Positions 26,057 through 35,101 of a DNA stretch of 56,090 bases are shown piece by piece. The stretch is from a virus (Duplodnaviria; Caudoviricetes). A program made the position numbers and the translations under genes. Each line of letters starts with the position of its first letter. Positions within the stretch are counted from its first letter, which is position 1. Below the pieces are notes generated by a model that searched no databases, was not told where the DNA came from, and saw only the letters and a list, made by a program, of their open reading frames with translations. The DNA lies in the IMG/VR virus record IMGVR_UViG_3300037191_001062, positions 1 through 56,090 of that record. One strand, written 5' to 3'.

Positions 26057-28318
26057 ATGAGTGTAATTAACGTTACAAAAAGAGCTGGTCAATTAGAACC
26101 ACTTGACTTTGAGAAGATACACAGAGTATTAGAGTGGGCGAGTAACAGTTTAACTGGTATATCAATATCCGAGGTTGAACTACGAGCTAATTTGCAATTA
26201 TACGATGGAATTCCATCAGACGATATTCACGAACTATTAATAAAAAGTTCATCTGAATTAATATCAGAAAGTACTCCAAATTATCAATTCCTAGCTGCAA
26301 GATTAGTTAATTATAAATTGCGCAAAGAAGTATACGGTCAATACGAACCTTGGGCTTTATCGCGAGTAATTGACATTAACGTTGGTCTAGGTGTGTATGA
26401 TGATCAGATATTGGTTAAATACACAAGTGAAGAAATCAATAAATTAGATTCATTTATTCGACATGCGAGAGATGACGAATTTACATATGTTGCAATGGAA
26501 CAAATGCGCGGAAAATATCTTGTCCAGAATCGTAATACTGAAACAATATATGAGACTCCACAAATTTTATATATGATGGTTGCAGCTACATTATTTTCTA
26601 ATTATCCAGAAGATACAAGGATGCGCTATGTTAAAGATTTTTATGACGCAACATCACAATTCTTTTTATCATTACCAACTCCAATTATGGGTGGTGTGCG
26701 CACATCAATTCGTCAGTTTAGTTCTTGTGTATTGATTGAATCTGGTGATAGTCTTGATTCTATTAGTGCAACATCAAGTGCTGTTGTTAAATATATCTCT
26801 AAGAAAGCGGGGATAGGCATTGGAGCTGGTCGTATTAGAGCTTTAGGTTCAAGTATTGGAGATGGTTCAACTGTGCATACAGGGCAAATTCCATTCCTTA
26901 AACTCTTCCAAGCATCAGTTAAAAGTTGCAGTCAAGGAGGTATTCGCGGAGGTGCAGCTACTACTTATCTGCCAATTTGGCATAGAGAATTTGAAGAATT
27001 AGTTGTACTTAAAAACAATAAAGGTACTGATGAAAATCGTGTTCGTAACATGGATTATGCATTCCAGTTTAATAAATTAATGTATGAACGTCTACTTACT
27101 GGTGGCAATATCACTATGTTCTGTCCTAATGATGTTCCTGATTTATATGATGCGTTCTATTCAGACCAAGATTTGTTTGCTGAACTTTATGTTAAGTATG
27201 AAAATGATAAAACTTTAAAAACCAAGACAATGAAAGCAATGGATGTTTTTGTCCAATTCTTATCAGAACGTAAAGATACTGGTCGAATTTATCTGATGAA
27301 CGTAGATCACGCAAATACTCATGGCTCATTTTTACCAGAAGCTGCGCCTATTCGAATGAGTAATTTATGTGCTGAGGTGACATTGCCAACAAAGCCTTTG
27401 GATAACATCAACGATCCAGACGGAGAGATCTCTCTGTGCACATTGGCTGCAATAAATTGGGGTTTGATCAATCACCCCTCAGAGTTTGCAAAGTATAGTG
27501 ATTTGATTGTAAGGGCTCTTGACGAACTATTAGATTATCAAGATTATCCAGTAATAGCTGCTGAAAATTCAACAATGAACAGACGTCCACTTGGCAACGG
27601 CATTATAAATCTTGCTTACTTCCTTGCAAAACGCGGCTTAAAATATAATGCAGAAGCATTACCGGTTATTGATGAATACGCTGAAGCATGGTCTTATTCT
27701 CTCATTAAAGCAAGCGCTGATCTTGCTATTGAAAAGGGTAAGATTCCACTTAACAACGAAACCAAATACGGCCTAGGTATTTTGCCAATTGATACTTATA
27801 AGAAAGATGTTGATGAATTAGTACCGCATATTGAAAGAATGGATTGGTCTAGTTTACGTGAACAACTTAAAGAACATGGTATTCGTAATAGTACTTTAAT
27901 GGCCCTTATGCCAGCTGAAACTTCTGCCCAGATCTCAAATAGTACAAACGGTATTGAACCACCAAGAGCACTCGTAAGTCATAAACAAAGTAAAGACGGT
28001 ATAATGGCTCAAGTAGTTCCAGGATATCATAAGTTAAAGAATAAATATGACTTACTATGGGATCAAGAAAATCCTGAAGGTTATCTTCAAATATGTGCTG
28101 TATTACAAAAGTATATTGACCAAGGTATCTCTGTTAATACTAGTTATAACCCAGAGAAATTTCCAGATGGCAAAGTACCAATGTCTCGCATTATTAAAGA
28201 TGTTATTTCGTTCTACAAATACGGCGGAAAACAATTATATTATAACAACACATTTGATTCGGCTGGTGAAATCGAATCTGAAGACGAAGATTGCGCAGAC
28301 GGCGCTTGTAAAATTTAA
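26057..28318 (+). CDS. nrdA: ribonucleotide reductase class Ia alpha subunit
   Basis: ATP cone, FSSCV, SNLCAE, LCTL, QLYY, C-terminal CADGAC. Confidence 0.98.
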   Translation: MSVINVTKRAGQLEPLDFEKIHRVLEWASNSLTGISISEVELRANLQLYDGIPSDDIHELLIKSSSELISESTPNYQFLAARLVNYKLRKEVYGQYEPWALSRVIDINVGLGVYDDQILVKYTSEEINKLDSFIRHARDDEFTYVAMEQMRGKYLVQNRNTETIYETPQILYMMVAATLFSNYPEDTRMRYVKDFYDATSQFFLSLPTPIMGGVRTSIRQFSSCVLIESGDSLDSISATSSAVVKYISKKAGIGIGAGRIRALGSSIGDGSTVHTGQIPFLKLFQASVKSCSQGGIRGGAATTYLPIWHREFEELVVLKNNKGTDENRVRNMDYAFQFNKLMYERLLTGGNITMFCPNDVPDLYDAFYSDQDLFAELYVKYENDKTLKTKTMKAMDVFVQFLSERKDTGRIYLMNVDHANTHGSFLPEAAPIRMSNLCAEVTLPTKPLDNINDPDGEISLCTLAAINWGLINHPSEFAKYSDLIVRALDELLDYQDYPVIAAENSTMNRRPLGNGIINLAYFLAKRGLKYNAEALPVIDEYAEAWSYSLIKASADLAIEKGKIPLNNETKYGLGILPIDTYKKDVDELVPHIERMDWSSLREQLKEHGIRNSTLMALMPAETSAQISNSTNGIEPPRALVSHKQSKDGIMAQVVPGYHKLKNKYDLLWDQENPEGYLQICAVLQKYIDQGISVNTSYNPEKFPDGKVPMSRIIKDVISFYKYGGKQLYYNNTFDSAGEIESEDEDCADGACKI

Positions 28319-28327
28319 GGAATAAAA

Positions 28328-29449
28328 ATGTCTGTATTTAAGAAAAGGGCAGGATCGCACCTCTCATCGAATATTTTTTTCGGTGAGAGGGTAGACATCG
28401 CAAGGTATGACGAAGTAAAATATCCAGCGCTAGAAAAATTAACTAATACAATGCTTGGATTTTTTTGGAGACCTGAAGAAGTTAATATCACAAAAGACAA
28501 GTCTGATTTTGTTAATCTTTCTGATAAAGAAAAACATATATTTACTGCAAATTTAAAAAGACAAATATTATTAGATAGTGTACAAGGTAGAGGTCCAACA
28601 GAAACTTTTATACCTATTGCGTCGTTGCCCGAAATAGAACCACTAGTTCAGACTTGGGCATTTATGGAAACTATTCACTCAAGATCTTATACTCATATTA
28701 TAAGAAACATTTATCCTAATCCAAGTGAAGTGTTCGACACGATGTTGGATATTAGCGAGATATTAGATTGTGGCGATAGTATATCAAAATATTACGATGA
28801 TTTTATTGAAGCAAGTAAATGGTGGCAGTTACTAGGTGAAGGTACTCATATCATTAATGGTAAAGAATTTGTAATTGATTTATACGAATTAAAAAAGAAA
28901 TTGTGGTATGCAATCAATTCAATCAACATATTAGAAGGCGTTCGTTTCTATGTTTCGTTTGCTTGTTCTTGGGCATTTGCTGAAAATAAATTAATGGAAG
29001 GCAACGCAAAGATTATTAAACTAATTGCCAGAGATGAGAATACACATTTAGCAGCATCACAGATGATTATAAAAAATCTTGTAAAAGAAGATCCAGATTT
29101 TGCTAAAATATCTGTAGAATGTCACGACTATATTCAATCAATGTTTATACGAGCTGCTGATCAAGAACGAAATTGGGCTTCATACTTATTCAAAGATGGT
29201 TCGATGTTGGGTTTGAGTGAAAACATTTTGGTGCAATATATTGAATGGATTGTAACGAGACGTATGAGATCTTTAGGTTACACGTCTCCTTATCATGTTC
29301 AACAAACAAATCCGTTACCATGGACTGAAAAATATATTGGTGGTGGTAATGTACAAGTAGCACCACAACAGACACAAATATCTAGTTATGTTATCGGTGG
29401 CGTTAATCAAGATATGACAGCAGAAAAGTTACAGGGATTATCTTTATAA
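28328..29449 (+). CDS. nrdB: ribonucleotide reductase class Ia beta subunit
   Basis: FFWRPEE, LLDSVQGR, ETIHSRSY, LEGVRFY, RDENTH. Confidence 0.98.
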   Translation: MSVFKKRAGSHLSSNIFFGERVDIARYDEVKYPALEKLTNTMLGFFWRPEEVNITKDKSDFVNLSDKEKHIFTANLKRQILLDSVQGRGPTETFIPIASLPEIEPLVQTWAFMETIHSRSYTHIIRNIYPNPSEVFDTMLDISEILDCGDSISKYYDDFIEASKWWQLLGEGTHIINGKEFVIDLYELKKKLWYAINSINILEGVRFYVSFACSWAFAENKLMEGNAKIIKLIARDENTHLAASQMIIKNLVKEDPDFAKISVECHDYIQSMFIRAADQERNWASYLFKDGSMLGLSENILVQYIEWIVTRRMRSLGYTSPYHVQQTNPLPWTEKYIGGGNVQVAPQQTQISSYVIGGVNQDMTAEKLQGLSL

Positions 29450-30081
29450 TGTACCGAGTTGGTGACTTTAATGATTACATCGATTTTGCAAAAGCAATTG
29501 GATGCAAAAGAATTGAAGAAATATTAATACAACCAGAAGATGGCGCTGAAGTTTTTCAGTGCCATCACAACGCAAGTTCTAATCCAGTACTGGGTTACTA
29601 TTTTGCTACTGATTCTCACGGTATTAAACATGCGTTTAAACATAGTGTATTGGGGCAAGGTGATATATTAGTTGATGTTACTCCAACTCTAGACAATAGA
29701 AAATATAATATATTTGCTTATGGCTGTATTGACATTGGCGAACACATTACATATTTAAATAACGAAGTCTTTATAAATAAAAATAAACAAGAGACTGAAA
29801 TTATTTACTATGTATATGCATTAATTGATCCAATAACTAAAGAACCTTTCTATATTGGAAAGGGTGAAGATGACAGGGCTCTTTCTCATTTTAAAGAAAC
29901 AGCTTTAGAAAAAGAAGGCAATAATAGAAAGACAGCTAAAATTAAAAAACTAAAATCGTTAGGATATGAACCAATGATTGAATTTTACGCACAAAACATT
30001 ATTGATGAAGATCTTGCATATTATATACAAGAAAAAATTGTAGAAAAACACAAATTGCAATTAGAATCCGGTGTGTATTGA
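29449..30081 (+). CDS. unknown N-terminal domain fused to an apparently truncated GIY-YIG endonuclease
   Basis: YVYALIDP...PFYIGKG...RA.SH; ends shortly after the catalytic helix. Confidence 0.75.
   Translation: MYRVGDFNDYIDFAKAIGCKRIEEILIQPEDGAEVFQCHHNASSNPVLGYYFATDSHGIKHAFKHSVLGQGDILVDVTPTLDNRKYNIFAYGCIDIGEHITYLNNEVFINKNKQETEIIYYVYALIDPITKEPFYIGKGEDDRALSHFKETALEKEGNNRKTAKIKKLKSLGYEPMIEFYAQNIIDEDLAYYIQEKIVEKHKLQLESGVY
29772..29779 (+). promoter_or_regulatory. T4-type late promoter just before the GIY-YIG domain
   Basis: TATAAATA inside ORF 29449-30081. Confidence 0.6.
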
Positions 30082-30188
30082 CCAAAAATTACACTAAAGA
30101 AAAATACTTGAAAAGTCACCATATAAAAATAAAGGATTGAAATGAGATTAACAACTAAAAACGAAATTAACAAAGGATTATCACTTTA

Positions 30189-30455
30189 ATGTATACAGTA
30201 TATAGTAAAGATTACTGCTCACAATGCGTATCAACTAAAGCATACTTAAAGCAAAAAGATATAGCATTCACTGTTGTGAATGTTCCTGGTGATATGGATT
30301 TGGAATTTTTTAAGAGTATGTTTCCAACTGCAAGATCATTCCCTGTTATCGTAGGACAAGATAATAAAGCATATTATGATCACAACACTATTAAGATTGA
30401 AATTGAATCTGATTTTTTTAGCAAGTTTCCAATAAGTGATATTATGGGATTATGA
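30189..30455 (+). CDS. nrdC: glutaredoxin
   Basis: VYSKDYCSQC, ARSFPVI. Confidence 0.9.
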   Translation: MYTVYSKDYCSQCVSTKAYLKQKDIAFTVVNVPGDMDLEFFKSMFPTARSFPVIVGQDNKAYYDHNTIKIEIESDFFSKFPISDIMGL

Positions 30456-30655
30456 CTGTGAACGATGTTGAAAATCAAATTGAACGTGATAAACGCGACT
30501 TAAAGTTTAAGTGTGACTATGAGATAGATTCATGCTGTCAAACTCTATGTGTATCTTCTGTAGTAAAGGATTACATAACATCGCTTGAAGATGAAATAGT
30601 ATTATTAAAAAATAAATTATTGGAGATAGAAAGTGAAAACATTGTATGTGAGTAG
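30452..30655 (+). CDS. hypothetical protein
   Basis: ATGA overlap with glutaredoxin. Confidence 0.65.
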   Translation: MTVNDVENQIERDKRDLKFKCDYEIDSCCQTLCVSSVVKDYITSLEDEIVLLKNKLLEIESENIVCE

Positions 30656-31076
30656 ACAATTGATTAACTCTGTAGAGTTTATAGGATGGGCAAGGTCTCA
30701 AGGATTTGATGAAATGTTAGATGAAAGTGAGTTCCATGTAACAATCGCATTCTCTCGTGAAAAAGTTGATTGGGATGAGATTGAACTTAAAACAGACACA
30801 ATGACAATAAGCGGCGGTAAAAGATTAGTTGAACCATTAGGTGATGATGGCGCAGTTGTATTAAAATTTAATTCCGATTTTTTACCAAAAAGATGGCAAG
30901 AAATACGAGATGTTGGCGCTTCATGGGACTTTGAAGGCTATACTCCGCACGTAACTATAAAATACAACGATATTGATATTGACCTTTCACAAGTTGAACC
31001 GTTTACCGGTAAACTTATATTCGGTCCTGAAACAATGACTGAACTCAACCTGAATTGGTCTAAGGATAAAAAATGA
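30633..31076 (+). CDS. acb1: Acb1 / T4 gp57B-like 2H phosphodiesterase (anti-CBASS)
   Basis: two HxT motifs (FHVTIAFSR, YTPHVTIKY), GASWDF, C-terminal Trp (LNLNW); GGAG RBS. Confidence 0.85.
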   Translation: MKTLYVSRQLINSVEFIGWARSQGFDEMLDESEFHVTIAFSREKVDWDEIELKTDTMTISGGKRLVEPLGDDGAVVLKFNSDFLPKRWQEIRDVGASWDFEGYTPHVTIKYNDIDIDLSQVEPFTGKLIFGPETMTELNLNWSKDKK

Positions 31077-31486
31077 ATATACGCAAAAAGTTGTGGTTTA
31101 TATCAGGGATAATGTTGTTGTGTTTAGCGTATATTGGTGTTGTTATGCCTGGCATTCCCTTTAGTATTCCGCTTGTTGGTGCTGCGTACTGTTTTGCAAA
31201 TAGTAGCAAGAAGATGCACAATTGGTTATACAATCATAAACAATTTGGACCTTTCCTTGTTAACTTTAAAGACAAGAAAATATTTCCAACAAAGGCAAAA
31301 TATGGCATGGTTGCTATGATGTCTAGTAGTTTAGCAATTATGTGGTTCACAACATATAACTTGAAAGCATGCATCTACGCTGCAATATTCATGTCTGCAG
31401 GTGCAATATGGTCCTGGCGCATGCCAGGGTCTGAAGAAGAATGGCAGATTAAAAATAAATTAAAAATGGAGAAAGGTGATGAGTAA
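31073..31486 (+). CDS. YbaN/DUF454 family inner-membrane protein
   Basis: IGVVMPGIP...AAYCFANSS..MHNWLYNHK.FGP. Confidence 0.85.
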   Translation: MNIRKKLWFISGIMLLCLAYIGVVMPGIPFSIPLVGAAYCFANSSKKMHNWLYNHKQFGPFLVNFKDKKIFPTKAKYGMVAMMSSSLAIMWFTTYNLKACIYAAIFMSAGAIWSWRMPGSEEEWQIKNKLKMEKGDE

Positions 31487-31778
31487 AAAATACGTATTGG
31501 TTGAAGCAACAGCAACATTCAAAATGAAATACTCAGTACCAGTTGACGACATTAATCTAGGTGGTTCTAATTACGACATAAGAAGATATGCCGAAGATTT
31601 AGTATCAAAAGAAAGGGTCACAGATATTTGCCAAGAGTATATGGGAGATACTATTACTAATTCTGCAATAATTGCTGAAGATGATCTTATTGAAATATAC
31701 AAAGAGCAGTTCAAAATTAATACACTAAGAACAAAAGAAGATATCTTAAAAATAATTAACAGCTGGGAAATTAATTAA
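31476..31778 (+). CDS. hypothetical protein
   Basis: overlapping ORF, KYVLVEA..TFKMKY.VP. Confidence 0.7.
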   Translation: MMSKKYVLVEATATFKMKYSVPVDDINLGGSNYDIRRYAEDLVSKERVTDICQEYMGDTITNSAIIAEDDLIEIYKEQFKINTLRTKEDILKIINSWEIN

Positions 31779-31784
31779 TAAACG

Positions 31785-31813
31785 TTGACATTTCGCTTTC
31801 ATTGTAGTATAAT
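31785..31813 (+). promoter_or_regulatory. sigma70-type early promoter with cassette leader
   Basis: TTGACA-17-TATAAT-agttacataaattgataaaggaattaaatt. Confidence 0.9.
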
Positions 31814-31882
31814 AGTTACATAAATTGATAAAGGAATTAAATTATATGTTCAAGTTTTATAAAAACTTAATGGACGCATGTT

Positions 31883-32341
31883 ATGGAATTTAAACCACTA
31901 CTCACACCACTTCAAATGCTTGAACTTGGAGTTTTTGACGGCACATATTTCAAAAACGATTACAGCGACTTTAAAGAAGAAGTTAATGTTTCATCAAAAA
32001 ACCTATTCTTAGAGAAAGCCTCACAACCAATGTCTGTATGGATAGAAAATGGTTGGATAACTCCAGAAGATCAATTGGGTTGGTTTCAATGGTACACTCG
32101 CTACTACTACGGCCGCAGAATACAAAAATTAGATGAACACCAGATTAAACGTTGGAGATCATTCACTGCTCGACACGGAGCACAAGTGAAGAAAAATGGC
32201 GATTGTGATCTTACACAGCGAACAAAACAAAGACAAGCTTTACTTCATTGGGGGTGTGATCCAATTCCGGACGTTATTGACATCGAAGACAAGTATGAAT
32301 TTTTAAAAGAATATAAAGAACAATTAGCGTTTTGTTCTTGA
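31883..32341 (+). CDS. conserved protein of unknown function
   Basis: LTPLQMLELGVFDGTY, D.LGWFQWY.RYY.GRR, QIKRW, RQALLHW. Confidence 0.8.
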   Translation: MEFKPLLTPLQMLELGVFDGTYFKNDYSDFKEEVNVSSKNLFLEKASQPMSVWIENGWITPEDQLGWFQWYTRYYYGRRIQKLDEHQIKRWRSFTARHGAQVKKNGDCDLTQRTKQRQALLHWGCDPIPDVIDIEDKYEFLKEYKEQLAFCS

Positions 32342-32369
32342 CATGTTATAATTTAAACTGGAGATAATT

Positions 32370-32672
32370 ATGAGTGAAGATGAGCAAATAAAACCAATTA
32401 GTATTAATCTAGATAGAGACGATTTTGTCGAAACTATAATTGCTGACTTGGTCGCATGTGGTTTATCAACAGAAGATCAAGATGTTAGGAAATCATGCGA
32501 AGTTATGATTGATTATTACACAAAAGGTAATGCAAATTTCGATGATAAGACCGAAACTGTAATTTGTAATTTAGATAATTATGGTGTTAACGACGATTTT
32601 GATAATTATGACGACGATTTTGATGCTACAAAATACGCTATTGATAATAATCGTTTTGGTTACTTCAACTAA
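32370..32672 (+). CDS. acidic hypothetical protein
   Basis: GGAG RBS. Confidence 0.7.
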   Translation: MSEDEQIKPISINLDRDDFVETIIADLVACGLSTEDQDVRKSCEVMIDYYTKGNANFDDKTETVICNLDNYGVNDDFDNYDDDFDATKYAIDNNRFGYFN

Positions 32673-32947
32673 TGGATTTGAAAATGACAAATGCGGCAGA
32701 TTATATGAAAGAATATAATTATGTTATACTATCAAGTCTTCAAAGAGGTTCATCACATTTCTCATATAATATAGAATCTTATCGTGTTGATTGTACTCAT
32801 GGTGGTTGGGGTGGAACGTTAGTCATAAACGAAGATGGAACATGTTTAGTTGATCTTGGTTTTGACGGTGTCATCGTCAATTATACCAGTTTTAAGTTTA
32901 CAGACCTAGTTTCATATTGCGATTGTGTATCGGCTAAACTAATCTAA
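32672..32947 (+). CDS. hypothetical protein
   Basis: TAATG translational coupling. Confidence 0.7.
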   Translation: MDLKMTNAADYMKEYNYVILSSLQRGSSHFSYNIESYRVDCTHGGWGGTLVINEDGTCLVDLGFDGVIVNYTSFKFTDLVSYCDCVSAKLI

Positions 32948-32955
32948 CATAAATG

Positions 32956-32984
32956 TTGACATTTCACTTTGAGTTTATTATAAT
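32956..32984 (+). promoter_or_regulatory. sigma70-type early promoter with cassette leader
   Basis: TTGACA-17-TATAAT-agttacataaattgataaagga. Confidence 0.9.
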
Positions 32985-33014
32985 AGTTACATAAATTGAT
33001 AAAGGAAATATATT

Positions 33015-33428
33015 ATGACGATGCACATGATACGAGGTGCAAACTCTCTAAATAAGAAAAATCCTAAAGCTCCAAAGCGCACAAAATCCAATATGAATAA
33101 ATGGTCAGAAGGCCACTTAGAGTACAACAGAAGTAAATCTAAAGACAATCGAGTGACACTAGAAGACTATATTGGTATTATGCATGGTAAAATTCCGCAA
33201 TCACAAAAGTCTTCTGGTGAATCATTTGGCGAATATAAAATGTCTGAGCCACCTCGGCGTGGACCACAAATCCCGTCTTTGTCTGGTACTGGACATTCAT
33301 GTTCAAAAATCGAACCACAAAAATACACAGGAACCTTAATAAAAGGAATCAGCACAATGCACAAAAGTAATGCAATTCCGGTTATTAATAAACAAGAAAT
33401 GATAGACCACGCCAAAATGAGACGTTAA
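33015..33428 (+). CDS. conserved T4-like hypothetical protein
   Basis: YTGTLIKGISTMHKSNAIPV...AKMRR. Confidence 0.85.
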   Translation: MTMHMIRGANSLNKKNPKAPKRTKSNMNKWSEGHLEYNRSKSKDNRVTLEDYIGIMHGKIPQSQKSSGESFGEYKMSEPPRRGPQIPSLSGTGHSCSKIEPQKYTGTLIKGISTMHKSNAIPVINKQEMIDHAKMRR

Positions 33429-33443
33429 CAGGGAAAATGAATT

Positions 33444-33728
33444 ATGCGCAGATTTGATAAATTATGGATAGCATTTGTATTATGCTTGCTATTGAGTATT
33501 GTTTGTTATACTATTATTCACATTAGTACAACAAAGACTTTTTTAAAATTTGATGGAGATTATCAGACTTGCACTGAAACTCAAATAAAAGGTCCGGGCA
33601 TTGAAGATGCAATAGTAGAACAAGAATTCAAATTAAGGGAAACGTGCTACACTATTGCAAGTAATAGCAATAGAATACTCAACAAACGTGCTGATGAAAG
33701 ACTAAACAACATCAAAATTAGAGAGTAA
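33444..33728 (+). CDS. membrane-anchored hypothetical protein
   Basis: N-terminal TM, two Cys in the soluble part. Confidence 0.65.
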   Translation: MRRFDKLWIAFVLCLLLSIVCYTIIHISTTKTFLKFDGDYQTCTETQIKGPGIEDAIVEQEFKLRETCYTIASNSNRILNKRADERLNNIKIRE

Positions 33729-33876
33729 TATATGATTAAGTTTTTTGTTGAAATTTAGAAAACAAAGTAAACCAATTAAACGACGAGATTACGGTAGGCA
33801 TTACTGCGTAGACGAAGATTTTTATAACAACCCAACAGGAAAGAAATAACGTTGGAATAATTCATCACAGATAACA

Positions 33877-33884
33877 TATAAATA
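33877..33884 (+). promoter_or_regulatory. T4-type late promoter
   Basis: TATAAATA. Confidence 0.7.
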
Positions 33885-33913
33885 CCTTTATATAAAAAAG
33901 TGAGGTATTTAAT

Positions 33914-34462
33914 ATGGTTGTCTGTGGAATAGATTATAGTATGACAAGTCCAGCTATTTGTGTGCATAGTGGTGATGAGTGGAGTTACGATAATTGTATT
34001 TTTTATTATATCGTTAGTAAAGAAAAGAATTTAGTAAGCAAAGATCAATATAAAAGTGTGATATACCCAGAGTGGGAACATAACATACAGAGATTCGATA
34101 ATCTTGGTAGTTGGTCTATTGATATATTAACAAAACATGATGTTAAAGTTGCTTATATCGAAGGATATGCTTTTGGTGCTAAAGGTTTAGTGTTTAATAT
34201 GGCTGAAAATGGAGGCATACTTAAACACAAAATTTGGATGGCTGGAATATTTCAAGAAGTTGTACCTCCATCAGTTATTAAGAAATTTGCAACTGGAAAG
34301 GGTAACTCAAATAAAGAAAAGATGTACGAAGCATTTATTGAAGAAACCGGTATTGATGTAAGAAAGGAAATTGATATTATAAGCAATAGTTGGAATCCAG
34401 TATCTGATATTGTAGATGCTTATTATATCGCAAAATACGCATATGAAAATAAGGTGAAATAA
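33914..34462 (+). CDS. RuvC-like Holliday junction resolvase
   Basis: GIDYSMTSP, IEGYAF, AENGGILK, KKFATGKGN..K, SDIVDAY. Confidence 0.85.
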   Translation: MVVCGIDYSMTSPAICVHSGDEWSYDNCIFYYIVSKEKNLVSKDQYKSVIYPEWEHNIQRFDNLGSWSIDILTKHDVKVAYIEGYAFGAKGLVFNMAENGGILKHKIWMAGIFQEVVPPSVIKKFATGKGNSNKEKMYEAFIEETGIDVRKEIDIISNSWNPVSDIVDAYYIAKYAYENKVK

Positions 34463-34465
34463 ATT

Positions 34466-35098
34466 ATGATAGTTATTTATAACGGCCCGCCAGGGTCTGG
34501 TAAAGATGATGCTTGTTTAAAAATGATGGAACATGGATATATTCATTTATCATTTAAAGGCGAATTATATAAAGAAGTAGCTGATTTTTATAATGTAGAC
34601 TATAACTGGTTTATGGAAGGATACGCTGTTAGAGAAGTAAAAGAAAACGTTAGGGAACAGTCACTTGGCTGGAAAACTAGACGTGAAGCTATGATCTATG
34701 TTGCAGAATCTGTAATTAAACCATTCCACGGTAAAGACTATTTTGGTAAAAAAGTATTAGACCAAATAGATCCAACAAAAAACTACTGTATATCTGACGC
34801 TGGTTACGCTGAAGAAGTTCAGCCACTTGTAGATGCATTCGGTGAAGAACTTATAAACATAGTTCAAATTGAACGAAAAGGTTGCGACTTTTCGAATGAC
34901 AAGCGAAGATATATTGGCGAGCCAAAAAGCGGTACGTTAGCGTTCTTTAATCAAGAAAAAATACAAATAGAAGAACCGAGAGAGTTTATTAAAACTAGCT
35001 TTAGTGTTGACACATATCTGATACGTAATAACACAACTCTAGAAAACTTTTATATTCATGTTAATCACATAGTGTTTTTACTCTCAGAAAAAGGCTAA
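34466..35098 (+). CDS. deoxynucleoside monophosphate kinase (gp1-like)
   Basis: NGPPGSGKD P-loop, ISDAGY.EE, IRNN. Confidence 0.8.
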   Translation: MIVIYNGPPGSGKDDACLKMMEHGYIHLSFKGELYKEVADFYNVDYNWFMEGYAVREVKENVREQSLGWKTRREAMIYVAESVIKPFHGKDYFGKKVLDQIDPTKNYCISDAGYAEEVQPLVDAFGEELINIVQIERKGCDFSNDKRRYIGEPKSGTLAFFNQEKIQIEEPREFIKTSFSVDTYLIRNNTTLENFYIHVNHIVFLLSEKG

Positions 35099-35101
35099 TG
35101 T

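Noticed and set aside
23527-29449. Introns or inteins in primase, td, nrdA or nrdB
   Set aside because: All are continuous and of normal length, with no Hint motifs; gene 41 is likewise uninterrupted.
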